From Parcubacteria group bacterium (GTDB lineage: Bacteria; Patescibacteriota; Minisyncoccia; UBA10092), in contig JACPLW010000004.1 in the NCBI GenBank assembly GCA_016186325.1, positions 446 through 64,445 on the forward strand: a DNA stretch of 64,000 bases, written 5' to 3'. The position numbers and the translations under genes were made by a program. The notes under the pieces were generated by a model. That model made no database searches, was not told the DNA's origin, and worked only from the letters and a program-made list of their open reading frames with translations. Shown piece after piece: positions 39,662-49,900 of this stretch. Within the stretch, counting starts at the first letter, position 1. Each line of letters starts with the position of its first letter.

Positions 39662-40663
39662 TCAACTTAAATTTGCCCGCTTTACAAAAAATCGTTCCAT
39701 AAGCTGGCTTACGACAATCGCTACGCTAAGAATAATAAGATATATTAAAAGCAGAGACGAAAATTCAATCGGCAATTTGCGAAGCACTCCCAAGATAAAA
39801 GCGGAATACCAAGAAACTATAGAAATCGCTCCAAGCGCAAAAGCAATTTTTCGCTCATGATGAAGTTCGCCGGGCTGGTGTTCGTGTTTTTCTCCAAAGG
39901 AAATTTTAACCAATTTTGGAGCAATCAGAAGATTTAAGAACGCCCCATTCACAATAATAACGGCGATCGCAATCATCTTCACTAAAAACTTGGCCGATTG
40001 ATTTAATTCTTGGGCTTCCGGCAAATAAAGCCCAAGGCCGGTAAGAATTAGAAGCGCGAGCGCAAACCATATTACCTGTGAGAGTGTGCGCATCACATCG
40101 GCTTCCCACTCGGATATTCGAAAATCCTTTAAGAATTTAAAAAAGAAGATATCGGTAATCGTAGCGCCGCCAAGTCCAAGCGCAACCCCCAAGATATGCC
40201 CAACGACAATGAGTTCGTGATAGCGGCCAAGAAGAACAATAAACGAAAATTTGGAAACCGAAAGCGCGATCGCAAAAATAATAGCGCAGAGCCCGGCGGA
40301 CATAAGGCACCAGGTGCACCATTGCTTGAGCGCGAATGCCTGGATAAAAGTAAGGTAGAGCGTAAATAAAAAAGCCGCGGTGGTGAGCGCAAGAATGCCA
40401 AATACTATAAGCGGCAAAGCAAGCGCCGGAATCACCAAAAACAACACATAACTCGTCATTACCAACCCGTAGTACAAAAGGCCTAAAATTTCAACGGGAA
40501 TTCCAAAAAAACGAGAATACTCGCTGTAGATTACCGCGTCGCAGTCGGAATTAAGCGGACAAGTCATTTTTTCGTGCGAACCCTTTTTGTGGCGAATATA
40601 AAAAGCAAGAAGAAACCCTCCAAAAGCCGCGAAAATTAAAATAATGTACCAGATGTTGTTCAT
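39662..40663 (-). CDS. VKOR-family disulfide bond formation protein fused to an additional membrane domain
   Basis: CPLNSDCDAVIYSEYS loop cysteines, CTWC active site, extra C-terminal TM block. Confidence 0.85.
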   Translation of the reverse strand: MNNIWYIILIFAAFGGFLLAFYIRHKKGSHEKMTCPLNSDCDAVIYSEYSRFFGIPVEILGLLYYGLVMTSYVLFLVIPALALPLIVFGILALTTAAFLFTLYLTFIQAFALKQWCTWCLMSAGLCAIIFAIALSVSKFSFIVLLGRYHELIVVGHILGVALGLGGATITDIFFFKFLKDFRISEWEADVMRTLSQVIWFALALLILTGLGLYLPEAQELNQSAKFLVKMIAIAVIIVNGAFLNLLIAPKLVKISFGEKHEHQPGELHHERKIAFALGAISIVSWYSAFILGVLRKLPIEFSSLLLIYLIILSVAIVVSQLMERFFVKRANLS

Positions 40664-43282
40664 TTAAATAAACTTAATAATTTTTTTGCGAAAAAGCCAT
40701 TTGCCGAATTCAACCGCTGAAATATTGAGAAGTCCTACGCCGGCAACTCCCAATAACCAAACGGGCGGAAGCGGACTTGTGTTGAAAATTTGCTGGAGCC
40801 ATGGAATATATATTGCCGCGATAATTGAGAGAAGGCCAATACTAACGCCGATTGTTAGCGGCCTATTAGAAAGAGGATTATAACTCAAAATACTTTTTCC
40901 CAAACTGCGAAGCGAAAAAGCCAAAAGAAGCGCGTAGCTCGCGAAAGAAGCAAAAATAAAAGTCCGCGTTAATTCTTCGGCGAATCCTATTTTCAGCAAA
41001 ACAAGATACAAAATAAAAAGGAAGGCGCTGCTTAAAACTCCGATAATCAAAATGAAAAATTTCATTTCTCTGTCAAATAAATTTTTATGTAATTTATGAG
41101 GACGATTTCCTGGGTCATCAACGCTGTCTTCAAAAGCAAACGCGATAGCGGGAAAACTATCGGAAAAAAGATTAACAAAAAGAATTTGTAAGGCATTAAT
41201 CGGCAAGGCTATTCCCAAAATTATTGCGCCCCCAATTAAGAATAACTCATCAAAAGAATTTGAAAGAAGGTAAATGATAACCTTTCGGATATTGCGTAAA
41301 ATTCTTCTTCCTTCTTTGATGGCGGCTACAATCGTTTCAAAATTATCGTCTAAAATAATAAGATCGGCCGCGCTTTTAGCCACATCGGTGCCCGAACCGA
41401 CGGCAACGCCAATGTCGGCCGTGTGAAGCGCCGGCGCGTCGTTTATGCCATCGCCGGTTACGGCGACTACCTCTCCTCTTTCTTGGTAGAGTTTGGCAAT
41501 CATTACTTTTTGTTCCGGAGTTACGCGAGCGTATAAAGTCGCTTCGCGAGAACGCGCCTCAAGCTCTTCTTTGGTAAGATGCATAAGGTCGTCGCCCGTA
41601 AGCACCGCTCCTTTACCGTCAACCAAACCAAGCTCTCGCGCGACTGCTTCAGCCGTTCCGCGATGGTCTCCGGTTACAATAATGGTTTTAACGCCCGCCG
41701 CGGCAATTTCGTTAACGGCTTGAGATACGTGAGGACGTAACGGATCGCGAAAAGTTATTAAGCCGTCAAAGTTGAGGCCATTAAAATTTTTTTGGCGTAA
41801 AACATTCTCATGACCTTCGCTGACGAGCCGAGACGCTACTCCCAACACGCGTTCCCCGGCAAAAGCTCTTTTTTCAATTTCTGTAATCATCTTTTCCTGT
41901 TCTTTTTGCGTGAGAACAGTAAGGCGTAAAATAATTTCCGGAGCTCCGAAAAGAGCAAGATGAGTCACAGAATCAGTTTTAAAAACCGCCGCGGAAAATT
42001 TATGCTTTGAGTCAAACGGCAAGCGGTCTAAAATTTTTGTTTGTTCTAAAACTTTAGTCAGTAACACGCCGTTTAAAGCGGCGCCCTTAACTAAGGAAAC
42101 CTCAAGCGCCCGGCCCGACATTATCCATTTTTCGGAAACATCTTGGGGATTTTCTATAACCACGTCGGTATTAACCAACGCATAACTAAGAAGGTCTTTT
42201 TTATCTTCCGTATCGTTATCATTATTTTTATAAGGCATTATTCCGGTAAGCTCCATTTTGGCTTGGGTGAGCGTACCTGTTTTATCAGTAAGAATAATAC
42301 TTGTTGACCCAAGCGTCTCAACAGCTAAAAGCTTTTTTACAATTCCATTGCGAGCCGCAAGGCGTTGTACCCCAATAGCCATAATTACGGTAAGCGCTAT
42401 CGGCAATCCTTCCGGTATTGCCGAAACCGCCACGGCAACGGAAATTATAAACATGTCGTGGATACCTTTACCGAAATAAAGACCGAGGCCGAAAAGCAAC
42501 AACGTGAAAATTAAAAGCGCGACTCCGACATATGCCGAAAAATATACAACAGAGCGTTGAAGGGGAGTTGATTTTCGGTCTTTTTCCGCGACTAATCCGG
42601 CGATCTTGCCAAATTCGGTTTCACTTCCCGTAGCGGTGACTACGGCATCGGCGAAACCAGACATTACCAAGGTGCCGCTGAATATCATTGATTTTCTTTC
42701 ACCGAGCACCATCGCCGGAGGCAGTGGAGAAACGTTTTTTTCCACCGGCAAAGATTCTCCCGTAAGAATTGATTCGTCTATTTCCAGGTTATTTACAAAT
42801 AAAAGACGCGCGTCGACAGGAATGCGATCGCCCTGCGTAACGCGAATAATATCGCCCGGCACTAGCTCGGAAGCATCAATCCCGCGCTCCTGGCCGCCGC
42901 GGCGCACGCGAGCGCGAACGCGGATATACGTTTTAAGAAGTTCCAGGATAGTTTCAGATTTATTTTCTTGCCAAAAGCCAAAAATTACGTTCACCATAAC
43001 GGCGGCAAGAATCACGCCCGTCTCTATCCATTCGCCAAGAAAAACGGTAACGATGCCGGCTAAAAGCAAGATTGCAACCAACAAACTTCGAAATTGGCGT
43101 AAGGCAATTTCTATTTTTGACAGCCGGCGGCGTTCTTTTATAACATTCGGACCGAATATTTTTAAGCGCGCCGCGACTTCTTCACTACTCAAACCGGAAA
43201 GATTGGTTTTTAGCGCGCTAAAAATCTCGCTCTCATCCATAGACCAAAAAGGCTCTTTTATCGATTCTCGGTTAATTGCCAT
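40664..43282 (-). CDS. P2-type cation-transporting ATPase
   Basis: [22 protein letters not shown]. Confidence 0.93.
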   Translation of the reverse strand: MAINRESIKEPFWSMDESEIFSALKTNLSGLSSEEVAARLKIFGPNVIKERRRLSKIEIALRQFRSLLVAILLLAGIVTVFLGEWIETGVILAAVMVNVIFGFWQENKSETILELLKTYIRVRARVRRGGQERGIDASELVPGDIIRVTQGDRIPVDARLLFVNNLEIDESILTGESLPVEKNVSPLPPAMVLGERKSMIFSGTLVMSGFADAVVTATGSETEFGKIAGLVAEKDRKSTPLQRSVVYFSAYVGVALLIFTLLLFGLGLYFGKGIHDMFIISVAVAVSAIPEGLPIALTVIMAIGVQRLAARNGIVKKLLAVETLGSTSIILTDKTGTLTQAKMELTGIMPYKNNDNDTEDKKDLLSYALVNTDVVIENPQDVSEKWIMSGRALEVSLVKGAALNGVLLTKVLEQTKILDRLPFDSKHKFSAAVFKTDSVTHLALFGAPEIILRLTVLTQKEQEKMITEIEKRAFAGERVLGVASRLVSEGHENVLRQKNFNGLNFDGLITFRDPLRPHVSQAVNEIAAAGVKTIIVTGDHRGTAEAVARELGLVDGKGAVLTGDDLMHLTKEELEARSREATLYARVTPEQKVMIAKLYQERGEVVAVTGDGINDAPALHTADIGVAVGSGTDVAKSAADLIILDDNFETIVAAIKEGRRILRNIRKVIIYLLSNSFDELFLIGGAIILGIALPINALQILFVNLFSDSFPAIAFAFEDSVDDPGNRPHKLHKNLFDREMKFFILIIGVLSSAFLFILYLVLLKIGFAEELTRTFIFASFASYALLLAFSLRSLGKSILSYNPLSNRPLTIGVSIGLLSIIAAIYIPWLQQIFNTSPLPPVWLLGVAGVGLLNISAVEFGKWLFRKKIIKFI

Positions 43283-43405
43283 ATATTTTTAGGATACTAT
43301 ATTTCTGTCTGCCATGCCACACAATTTATTTTTTTGACTCGCTGGTTTGAAAGTGGTAACCTCTTAGAAAGTTAGATAATAGTTCTTTACAAAAAATGGG
43401 GAAAA

Positions 43406-45004
43406 ATGACAATCCGGGAACGTCTGGCTAAGATTAGGTTTTTTAAGGTAACTCCCGATCTATCCGGCCTAAAGTATACTGAACTGCAGGCGCTTTCACA
43501 TTGCGTACAAGCGGCTCGGGTTACAACCGATATTTACTTAGAGCAAGTGGCTCATGGGAATCTTGAAATGTATAGGGCGCTTCAAGCGCGCAGTGACGAG
43601 GAAGGCATTGACTTGCTCCGGTATTTCAATCTCCAAGGTTCTCCGTGGGACGAATACGATCATAGTAAGCCTTTTGTTTCGGGAGTTGGAGAGAGGCCCA
43701 AGTTTGGTTCTTTTTATCCGATCGGTTTTACGAAAGAGGAATGGGACGCCTGGATTAGTGCGCATCCCGGAGATCGTGAACAATTTGAGAGCAACTATAC
43801 TGTAATTCGTCGAGCCCCAGTTTATTCTATGCCTTCAATGACTCAAGTTGGATTGATTGCGGCGCCCTATTCAGAAGAATACACCATCTACTTAAATTTA
43901 ATGGCAGAAGAGTTGCGAGTGGCGGCGGAATGGTTGCCAACAAATAGCGACCTTGGTTCGTTCTTACGAATGCGTGCTAAAGCTTTTAAATCAAACGACT
44001 ATTTTGATAGCGATATGGCTTGGGTGGATACCGACGGAAATCCGTTTGAAGTAACCATTGGGCCATACGAGGTATATTTTGACGGTTTACTTGGCTTGAA
44101 AGCTTCTTTTGAGGCATTTGTCGCCATACCAGATAAGGAAGCTACTGCTGCGTTAAAGAAATTCACTCCGCTTGTTCCCGATTTCGACGCAATGTTAAGC
44201 AAAGAGTTTAATTTCAGCCCAAAGGGTTCTGCTATTCCGCTCGAAGTTGTTTCAGATGTTATACGCGGAGGCGAAGCTGCTTTTGGATATATGTTTGTTG
44301 CTTATAATTTGCCAAACGATCGCAGGGTCCATGACTTAAAGGGTTCTAAGAAGGTGTTCTCGCGAACCATGATGCAGGCGAAGTTTGACACGCTAGCGTT
44401 GCCGATTGCCGAAAGAATATTATCAAGCAAAGATTTTGAGCATTTCAAATTTGACAACCGATTGTTATTTGTCCTCGGACATGAACTGGCTCACGGCCTT
44501 GGTCCGAGCAAGGTGAAAGTCGGAGATCGAGAAATTCCGTTTGAAACCGCATTGCGGGATTTACATTCCTGCCTTGAGGAAGCAAAGGCGGATATGTTGG
44601 GCATCCGATTACTGGATTATTTCCGTGAACGCGGTCATTTAGATGATCAAACATTGTTTGGCGCCGTAGTAACGGAAGTAGTGGCATATATGCAAGGATG
44701 GGTACATGGATTTACCGAAGCACATTCGCGCGGCAGCCTCATAGAATACAACTGGTTACGCTATCACAATACGATGCGTTACGACTCGGTAAATAAAGTT
44801 TTTGACATTGATCCAGAACGCACGCTTGAAGCTATGAAACTCTTAAGCACCGAATTTTTGAGATTGCAGATAGCGGGCGACTATGATAAAGCAAAAGCAT
44901 TTATGGAACACTGGGGTACGATTCCTTCCGAACTTCCTCCGATTATTGAAAGTTTATCCGATCTTCCTACCGCTGTTTCCCCGATTTACGAATTGCATCT
45001 GTAA
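43406..45004 (+). CDS. M49-family (DPP III-like) zinc peptidase
   Basis: GPYEVYFD, AYNLPND, HELAHG, EEAKAD. Confidence 0.85.
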   Translation: MTIRERLAKIRFFKVTPDLSGLKYTELQALSHCVQAARVTTDIYLEQVAHGNLEMYRALQARSDEEGIDLLRYFNLQGSPWDEYDHSKPFVSGVGERPKFGSFYPIGFTKEEWDAWISAHPGDREQFESNYTVIRRAPVYSMPSMTQVGLIAAPYSEEYTIYLNLMAEELRVAAEWLPTNSDLGSFLRMRAKAFKSNDYFDSDMAWVDTDGNPFEVTIGPYEVYFDGLLGLKASFEAFVAIPDKEATAALKKFTPLVPDFDAMLSKEFNFSPKGSAIPLEVVSDVIRGGEAAFGYMFVAYNLPNDRRVHDLKGSKKVFSRTMMQAKFDTLALPIAERILSSKDFEHFKFDNRLLFVLGHELAHGLGPSKVKVGDREIPFETALRDLHSCLEEAKADMLGIRLLDYFRERGHLDDQTLFGAVVTEVVAYMQGWVHGFTEAHSRGSLIEYNWLRYHNTMRYDSVNKVFDIDPERTLEAMKLLSTEFLRLQIAGDYDKAKAFMEHWGTIPSELPPIIESLSDLPTAVSPIYELHL

Positions 45005-45102
45005 TAAATTAAATATAACAATTTGAGGACCCGAATACGGGTCTTTTTTTTGATGCGAACTTATTGACTAGCTTCATTTGCTTTGATAATATTATTTATA
45101 AT

Positions 45103-45321
45103 ATGACTAAATTAAATTTAAAAAATATCGTCTGGAAAGAAGGAAAACATTATGTGGCCCAATGTCTTAACGTTGATATTTCCAGTTTTGGCAAGACTAG
45201 AAAAGAGGCTCTAAAAAATTTAGACGAGGCGCTTGAACTTTATTTTGAAGATATTAAAACTCCGCGCATTACCAAGGTGGAAAGACCGGAGGTGGTCGAG
45301 CTTTCGCTCATCCATGCCTAA
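45103..45321 (+). CDS. hicB: HicB-family antitoxin (short)
   Basis: VWKEG..YVAQC…SSFG.T..EAL.NL.EALELY. Confidence 0.85.
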   Translation: MTKLNLKNIVWKEGKHYVAQCLNVDISSFGKTRKEALKNLDEALELYFEDIKTPRITKVERPEVVELSLIHA

Positions 45322-45532
45322 ATTATATTCTTCCGATCACATCATAAAAGTTCTTCAGCATAAGAACTTTGTTTATATCTCACAAAAAGGCAGTCATACA
45401 AAGTTTCGTAAAATTGGCAAATCAACTCTCACCGTTATTGTTCCAGCCGGCAGAAAGGAAATTCCTGTCGGCACTTTTCGATCAATTTTGCGGCAAGCTC
45501 ATATATCCGAAAAAGATTTTATATCTAAATAA
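45314..45532 (+). CDS. hicA: HicA-family mRNA interferase toxin
   Basis: QKGSH, IPVGTFRSILRQA; overlaps hicB. Confidence 0.88.
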   Translation: MPKLYSSDHIIKVLQHKNFVYISQKGSHTKFRKIGKSTLTVIVPAGRKEIPVGTFRSILRQAHISEKDFISK

Positions 45533-45546
45533 GTTTTTAAAAATAA

Positions 45547-45632
45547 GGAGGGGTCGGATAGCGGTTTATTCCACCGCACTTGAAATGCGGCGTCCCGCAA
45601 GGGACACGTGGGTTCGAATCCCACCCCCTCCG
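45547..45632 (+). tRNA. tRNA-Ser (anticodon TGA)
   Basis: GGAGGGG/CCCCTCC acceptor, CCGCA-CTTGAAA-TGCGG, long variable arm, GTTCGAATC. Confidence 0.95.
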
Positions 45633-45852
45633 CAGACGATTTTCGCTATCGAGAACCGACTCACTGATGACGTTAGTGAGACCAGGACGCTCGATGCGAA
45701 ATAAAATAATACAGCAGATGTTCTCAGCTGTTTTATTTTTATCAGTAATTACTTTTTCTCTATCGCGAAAACCAAAATTCGTTCGAGCTATACTCAATTC
45801 AATATATCCCTAACTCTGGACTCTTGTTGAAGCAATTGATATATTAAAAGTA

Positions 45853-46773
45853 ATGAGGTTTGTGCCTAAAAAAATTGCAATATTGATTGCGGGGCTGGTG
45901 TTTACTGCCGGACTTGCGGCGAGTTTTGTCGTTCCCGCCTTTGCCGGTGACCCGGTTGGCGGGCTTGATATAACCATTGAGCAGATTCCCGGAGGGCGGG
46001 TTTCCGGCAAAAATTATAATTCTTCATTGTCAAATAAATCAGCGGGGCTAATAAGGATGGAGATTGGCAATATTCTTTTGCGTTATGGCGTTGGCGGCGC
46101 GGACATCAACAAAGTAACAGACGCGCTTGAAGGCAAGGGTGTTTACGAAGCTGAACTCAAATCATTTCTAATCGCGATCGGAGTCAATGAAAAAGGCGTT
46201 CAGGAAGTCATTGCCAAACTTGAAGAACTTCATAGACCGCCCACATCGCTAAAAGAACTGGACACTAGCGAAAACGCGAAAGTGCTTCGTGATAATTTCC
46301 GAGAAAATGTAAGAACACTGTTTAAAGGCGATGGAACTCCGGTGCGCCGCATTGCCCTCGCTCACGGCAGAGGACTGCGCATGCTCAATCGTTTTCGCTC
46401 GGCAACGGCCCGGTTTGACCATATTTTAGGCCGGTTGGAATCGCGGATTGAAAAAATGAGAATTGAATTTGAAGTTGAAGGTGAAGATTGCGAGGTAAAG
46501 AGTATATTCCACACGTCGGATGATAATGGTGGCATTGAGATAGCCACCCTTAAGGCAAAAAATATGCAGGTCGAAAACGAGGCAAAGATAGAAGAACTTA
46601 AAGCAAAATACGAATCATTGCTTCTCGGTGAAAACGCGGGAGGAATCGCAAAAGAAGCCCGCGCCATAGCAGAAGAGCTTAAAGCAGATATAGAAAACCT
46701 CCGCGCCATAATTATTGAGATATATACGCAAGCTGATGATTATAATAGCTGCAGATCAAATACCAGCATATAA
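45853..46773 (+). CDS. exported helical/coiled-coil protein
   Basis: Signal peptide ending PAFA; helical C-terminal half. Confidence 0.7.
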   Translation: MRFVPKKIAILIAGLVFTAGLAASFVVPAFAGDPVGGLDITIEQIPGGRVSGKNYNSSLSNKSAGLIRMEIGNILLRYGVGGADINKVTDALEGKGVYEAELKSFLIAIGVNEKGVQEVIAKLEELHRPPTSLKELDTSENAKVLRDNFRENVRTLFKGDGTPVRRIALAHGRGLRMLNRFRSATARFDHILGRLESRIEKMRIEFEVEGEDCEVKSIFHTSDDNGGIEIATLKAKNMQVENEAKIEELKAKYESLLLGENAGGIAKEARAIAEELKADIENLRAIIIEIYTQADDYNSCRSNTSI

Positions 46774-46775
46774 TC

Positions 46776-47114
46776 ATGACTACAGGCAAAAACAAACTTA
46801 TCATTGCAATCATTGTTCTCGTTGTTATCGCGGGAGGAGTATTATTTTTCTTGAATCGCGGCCCATCGTATCAAAAAGAATTCGTTACGATTGAGCAGGA
46901 TTTGACTCCGATTGAACTCACCCCGGAGGAAAAGCAGGCGCTTCAAGCCGAAGGACTCGTTATGCCGTCCGGAGAAGACGCGGCCGCGAAAAAATTGCAA
47001 ACCGTGCGAACTTCCGACGAGCTCGGAGCCATTGAGGCCGACCTCAACGAAACAAATCTTTTAGGACTTGATGCAGAACTTAACGCAATCGATAACGACC
47101 TTCAAGGATTGTAG
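46776..47114 (+). CDS. single-TM acidic protein
   Basis: N-terminal TM; SDELGAIEADLNET. Confidence 0.7.
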   Translation: MTTGKNKLIIAIIVLVVIAGGVLFFLNRGPSYQKEFVTIEQDLTPIELTPEEKQALQAEGLVMPSGEDAAAKKLQTVRTSDELGAIEADLNETNLLGLDAELNAIDNDLQGL

Positions 47115-47142
47115 TTATTAGTAAACTAACCTGCGTTCTTGT

Positions 47143-47640
47143 ATGGATATCCAAATCGAACATCTAAAACTAGATCTTTTGGATGAACAAACATTTGCGG
47201 CTACACAAAACAAAAGACCTCAAGATTGGGATGATACATTTGCGAGAGATTTATATACGAAGCTCGCCAACAAGAAAGTGTTTTTAACAAACCTTGCTCG
47301 ATCCACTCAACCAGACGCTAGACCTCTTTCAAATTCTATATTTACGGCATGTGCTCCCCTGATGGAAGAAGAAATAGATTTCATCAAGCCCAAAGTGGTA
47401 ATCACTTTTGGAAATCAAGTCAGTTCTGCTTTACTAAAAAGACCGATAAAGGTCTCGGAATCAAGGAGAAGGTCTTTTGAGCTTAAAACAAAAGATGGTA
47501 ATTATACGGCGTATGCATCCTACTATCCTGTAGGTATGGGCATGATGAACATGGGTAAAGCTGTCGAAGATGTTAAATGGATTCTTTCAAAACACACTAC
47601 CAATGATTTTTTAAATATTTTGTGCTATAATTCTAATTAG
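47143..47640 (+). pseudogene. uracil-DNA-glycosylase-superfamily protein, apparently lacking its N-terminal catalytic region
   Basis: VFLTNLAR, EEIDFIKPKVVITFG, YYP present; no motif A upstream. Confidence 0.5.
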
Positions 47641-47675
47641 AAATATTAATAACTAAGAATAAAGGAGAATAATTT

Positions 47676-48164
47676 ATGAACGGTAACATTAAAGTTAAAA
47701 AGGTCAGTCCGAAAGACGTTTTCCTTCATCTTTTGGCAATTTTAACCCTTTATGGCAGTGCTACGGCTTTTTTGGTGCTCATATTCCAATACGTTAACAT
47801 ATATTTTCCGGATCCGATCAGTTCTGATTATTACTATCTTAGTTCGGCGCGCAGCGCCATTCGCTGGTCAATAGCTTCTCTTGCGGTCATTTTTCCGGTT
47901 TACATTCTGACTTCCTGGTTTTTGAATAAAAATTATCTGATGGAACCGGAAAAAAGAAACTTGCGCATCAGGAAATGGCTCATATATTTCACTATTTTTG
48001 CCGCTTCTTTAATAATTATCGGCGATTTGGTAACTCTGATCTACAATTTATTGGGCGGCGAGCTGACGGTGCGATTTCTGCTTAAAGTACTGGCAGTTTT
48101 CTTTGTTTCCGGCGCGGTTTTTTTCTATTATTTTTGGGACTTGAAAAAATACAAAGTTGAATAA
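47676..48164 (+). CDS. DUF5671-like membrane protein
   Basis: PKDVFLHL, IRKWLIYFTIF, LLGGELT.RF. Confidence 0.75.
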   Translation: MNGNIKVKKVSPKDVFLHLLAILTLYGSATAFLVLIFQYVNIYFPDPISSDYYYLSSARSAIRWSIASLAVIFPVYILTSWFLNKNYLMEPEKRNLRIRKWLIYFTIFAASLIIIGDLVTLIYNLLGGELTVRFLLKVLAVFFVSGAVFFYYFWDLKKYKVE

Positions 48165-48171
48165 AATAAAT

Positions 48172-48642
48172 ATGAAATACTTTATATATACAATTATTGC
48201 GATAGTTGCCGTGGCGGTCGTCGCCGGTTTCTTTGTCGTTGGTTTTCCAAAAGAAGAGAGAATGAGAAAGTTTGACGATAGAAAGGTTTCTGATTTGCAG
48301 CTTATTCAGGGGCAGATAATATATTATTGGCAAAGCAAAGAAAAGCTTCCGGTTAAGCTGGAAGATATTAAAGACTCTATCAGCGGTTTTAATCCGCCGA
48401 ACGATCCGGAGACTGGTTCAAGTTACGGTTATGAAGTCAAAGGCGAATTGGAATTTAAACTTTGTGCCAATTTCAATTTACCTACTTTAAAAAGTGAAAC
48501 TTCGTATATTAAACGCCCAACTTATCCGGTGCCGGATTATTATATGCCTTCCGTCAGTTCTAATTGGGAGCATGACTCTGGTTACGTTTGTTTTGAAAGA
48601 AAGGTGGATAAAGACCTCTATAAAGCCCTGAAATTAAATTAG
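48172..48642 (+). CDS. pilin/pseudopilin-like single-TM protein
   Basis: TM, RMRKFDDRKVSDL, DPETG..YGY, FKLCANF. Confidence 0.65.
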   Translation: MKYFIYTIIAIVAVAVVAGFFVVGFPKEERMRKFDDRKVSDLQLIQGQIIYYWQSKEKLPVKLEDIKDSISGFNPPNDPETGSSYGYEVKGELEFKLCANFNLPTLKSETSYIKRPTYPVPDYYMPSVSSNWEHDSGYVCFERKVDKDLYKALKLN

Positions 48643-49286
48643 AATGAAATTTTTATTAAGACCTGAAAATCTTTTTTGAGGATTTCTTTGTTGGTGCCGT
48701 AAACGGCGACTGCGGGGTGGTAAAGGGGGATTATTTTAACCCACGCACCAGACCCGCTATCGCGTGACGGTGCGGGGCTTCGCCTTGCTTCGTTTTCCCA
48801 TAGCGCCGAAACAGTAAATATTTTTCCGTGGATTTGGCTGATAGATTTTAATTCGGATTCCAGTCCGAATCTTTTCATTATATAGGCCATGGAAAAGCGG
48901 CCAAGCGTGGCGATTACTTCCGGTTTTATTATTTCAATTTGCCGGTCTAAAAACGGCGCGTAAAATTCTATCTCGTTTGGCAAAGGGTCGCGGTTCATTG
49001 GCGGCCTATCCTTGACGATGTTGGTTATATAAACTTCTTTTCTATCAATGCCAATTGAAGCTAAAAGCTCGTCTAAAACTCTTCCCGACGCACCGCAAAA
49101 AGGCCGGCCGGTTTCCGCTTCATTTTTTCCCGGTGCCTCGCCGATAAACATTATTTTTGCATTATGACTGCCTTCGCCGATAACCGGGAAATATTTATTT
49201 TTAATCCGGTATTCGTAAAGCGGCGAATTCTTAGCATCAACAACACTATCTTTTATTTTTTTCATTAGTTCCGTCCGGCTTTCCAT
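48639..49286 (-). CDS. family-4 uracil-DNA glycosylase
   Basis: GEAPG..E…GRPF, TNIVK.RPP.NR.P, YHPA; carries a GC-rich insertion. Confidence 0.92.
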   Translation of the reverse strand: MESRTELMKKIKDSVVDAKNSPLYEYRIKNKYFPVIGEGSHNAKIMFIGEAPGKNEAETGRPFCGASGRVLDELLASIGIDRKEVYITNIVKDRPPMNRDPLPNEIEFYAPFLDRQIEIIKPEVIATLGRFSMAYIMKRFGLESELKSISQIHGKIFTVSALWENEARRSPAPSRDSGSGAWVKIIPLYHPAVAVYGTNKEILKKDFQVLIKISF

Positions 49287-49340
49287 ATTTATATAGTAAT
49301 TATACTCGTTAAAACCTATTTATAAAAAATGCCAAACAGT

Positions 49341-49745
49341 TTATGCTTGGCTGAAAACTTTCGGAAATTCTTCTTTAGCAGCTTCAATAACAGAATGGAG
49401 ATATTGCTTAATTACTTTGTCTAATTTCTCAAATTGTTCCAGCCATAGCTTTTCCGTATCTTTTGGCAAGCAATATCTGTCATATTTAGGGCTATTTGTC
49501 TGCACTACTCCAATCCAGCACAATACGCTAAGACACTGCGAAAGTTCTGGCGATTTTGGATATGGGCCATCCCAGTCAAACCAAAGTGTTTCTAAGAAAT
49601 CTGGTTTTCCCGGAACTTTCTGTGATCTTTTTAATCGATAAAACAGGTGATGCCACGCTTCTTGTTTGTGAAGCATCAAATCAATATTGTTTTTCTGCAG
49701 TAAAAGAACTAAATAATTTACAAAATCCCCAAATGATATTTCCAT
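49341..49745 (-). CDS. hypothetical protein (winged-helix-like)
   Basis: 134-aa ORF, GPYPKSPEL. Confidence 0.6.
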   Translation of the reverse strand: MEISFGDFVNYLVLLLQKNNIDLMLHKQEAWHHLFYRLKRSQKVPGKPDFLETLWFDWDGPYPKSPELSQCLSVLCWIGVVQTNSPKYDRYCLPKDTEKLWLEQFEKLDKVIKQYLHSVIEAAKEEFPKVFSQA

Positions 49746-49900
49746 TTAGTCCTCCGTTTTTCTGTAATGTGCAATGCCCGATATCTTATCGGTAGATTAC
49801 TATCTGGTAAAGAATAAGTCAATTGACACGATTTATAAATTTGTGTTAATTTACAGCCACTTAGATTTTTGTTCTTTTTATATGTAGTCGGAGGCTCAAA

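Noticed and set aside
42606-43292. Long antisense/alternate-frame ORFs (also 4646..5278, 7889..8452, 25356..25805, 45369..45813)
   Set aside because: Shadow ORFs of well-supported genes or of the tRNA; no independent motifs.
36896-45632. Island bounded by tRNA-Ser att duplications
   Set aside because: Both tRNAs are complete with different anticodons; no partial 3' duplicate or integrase seen.
45655-45702. Hammerhead ribozyme (CTGATGA…GAAA)
   Set aside because: Bases flanking the putative stem II (C and C) cannot pair and CTGATGA is buried in a different stem.
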